Shown piece after piece: positions 63,959-64,000 of a stretch of 64,000 bases of DNA. The stretch lies in IMG/VR virus record IMGVR_UViG_3300032315_001715, positions 248,001-312,000 of that record; one strand, written 5' to 3'. Both the position numbers and the translations under genes were made by a program. The stretch's first letter is position 1, and each line of letters opens with the position of its first letter. The notes below the pieces were generated by a model that made no database searches, was not told the origin of the DNA, and saw nothing but the letters and a program-made list of their open reading frames with translations.

Positions 63959-63986
63959 ATTATAGCAGGTTCCTGCTTTCGGTCAA
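63959..63986 (-). promoter_or_regulatory. Sigma70-like promoter TTGACC-N16-TATAAT
   Basis: Directly upstream of the ygiB-like gene. Confidence 0.75.
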
Positions 63987-64000
63987 TGGTTTAATAGACC

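Noticed and set aside
1-64000. tRNA/rRNA genes, CRISPR arrays, integrase, stop-codon reassignment
   Set aside because: None recognised by eye. Intergenic gaps are short and explained by promoters or terminators, and known genes are full length in the standard code. tRNAscan-SE/CRISPR finders were not run.

Overview
64 kb of a large lytic dsDNA phage genome with T4-like/jumbo myovirus architecture. The host is probably an alphaproteobacterium (inference from the PlcP/Agt-, CreA- and GuaB-like sequences). Positions 1-9.2 kb are + strand tail/structural genes, two pairs of glycosyltransferase-like paralogues, thyX and an APS-kinase/HxGH-nucleotidyltransferase pair. They end at a perfect 34-bp palindrome. 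Most of the remainder is - strand: replication genes (family B polymerase, clamp-like protein, RNase H/FEN), nucleotide and RNA-repair genes, anti-defence candidates (Acb1-like, NADAR, MazG-like) and auxiliary metabolic genes. Highlights: (1) polB is fractured at YGDTD|S by a naturally split, cysteine-free intein with a free-standing Vsr-like endonuclease between the halves. (2) A 7-deazaguanine DNA-modification cluster (folE, queD, queE, dpdA2-type transglycosylase, DpdL-like T-fold protein; no queC in the window) has a GT-B glycosyltransferase directly upstream of dpdA, a candidate new hypermodified base. (3) A PlcP + Agt-like lipid-remodelling pair could release phosphate from host phospholipids. 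(4) An Rnl1 RNA ligase is split between motifs IIIa and IV by an antisense GIY-YIG gene. (5) A homing endonuclease replaced the folE 3' end. (6) A guaB gene is collapsed to its first and last codons. (7) There is a candidate late structured ncRNA. No tRNA, rRNA or CRISPR array was recognised. All family assignments come from motifs recognised by eye, with no database search.
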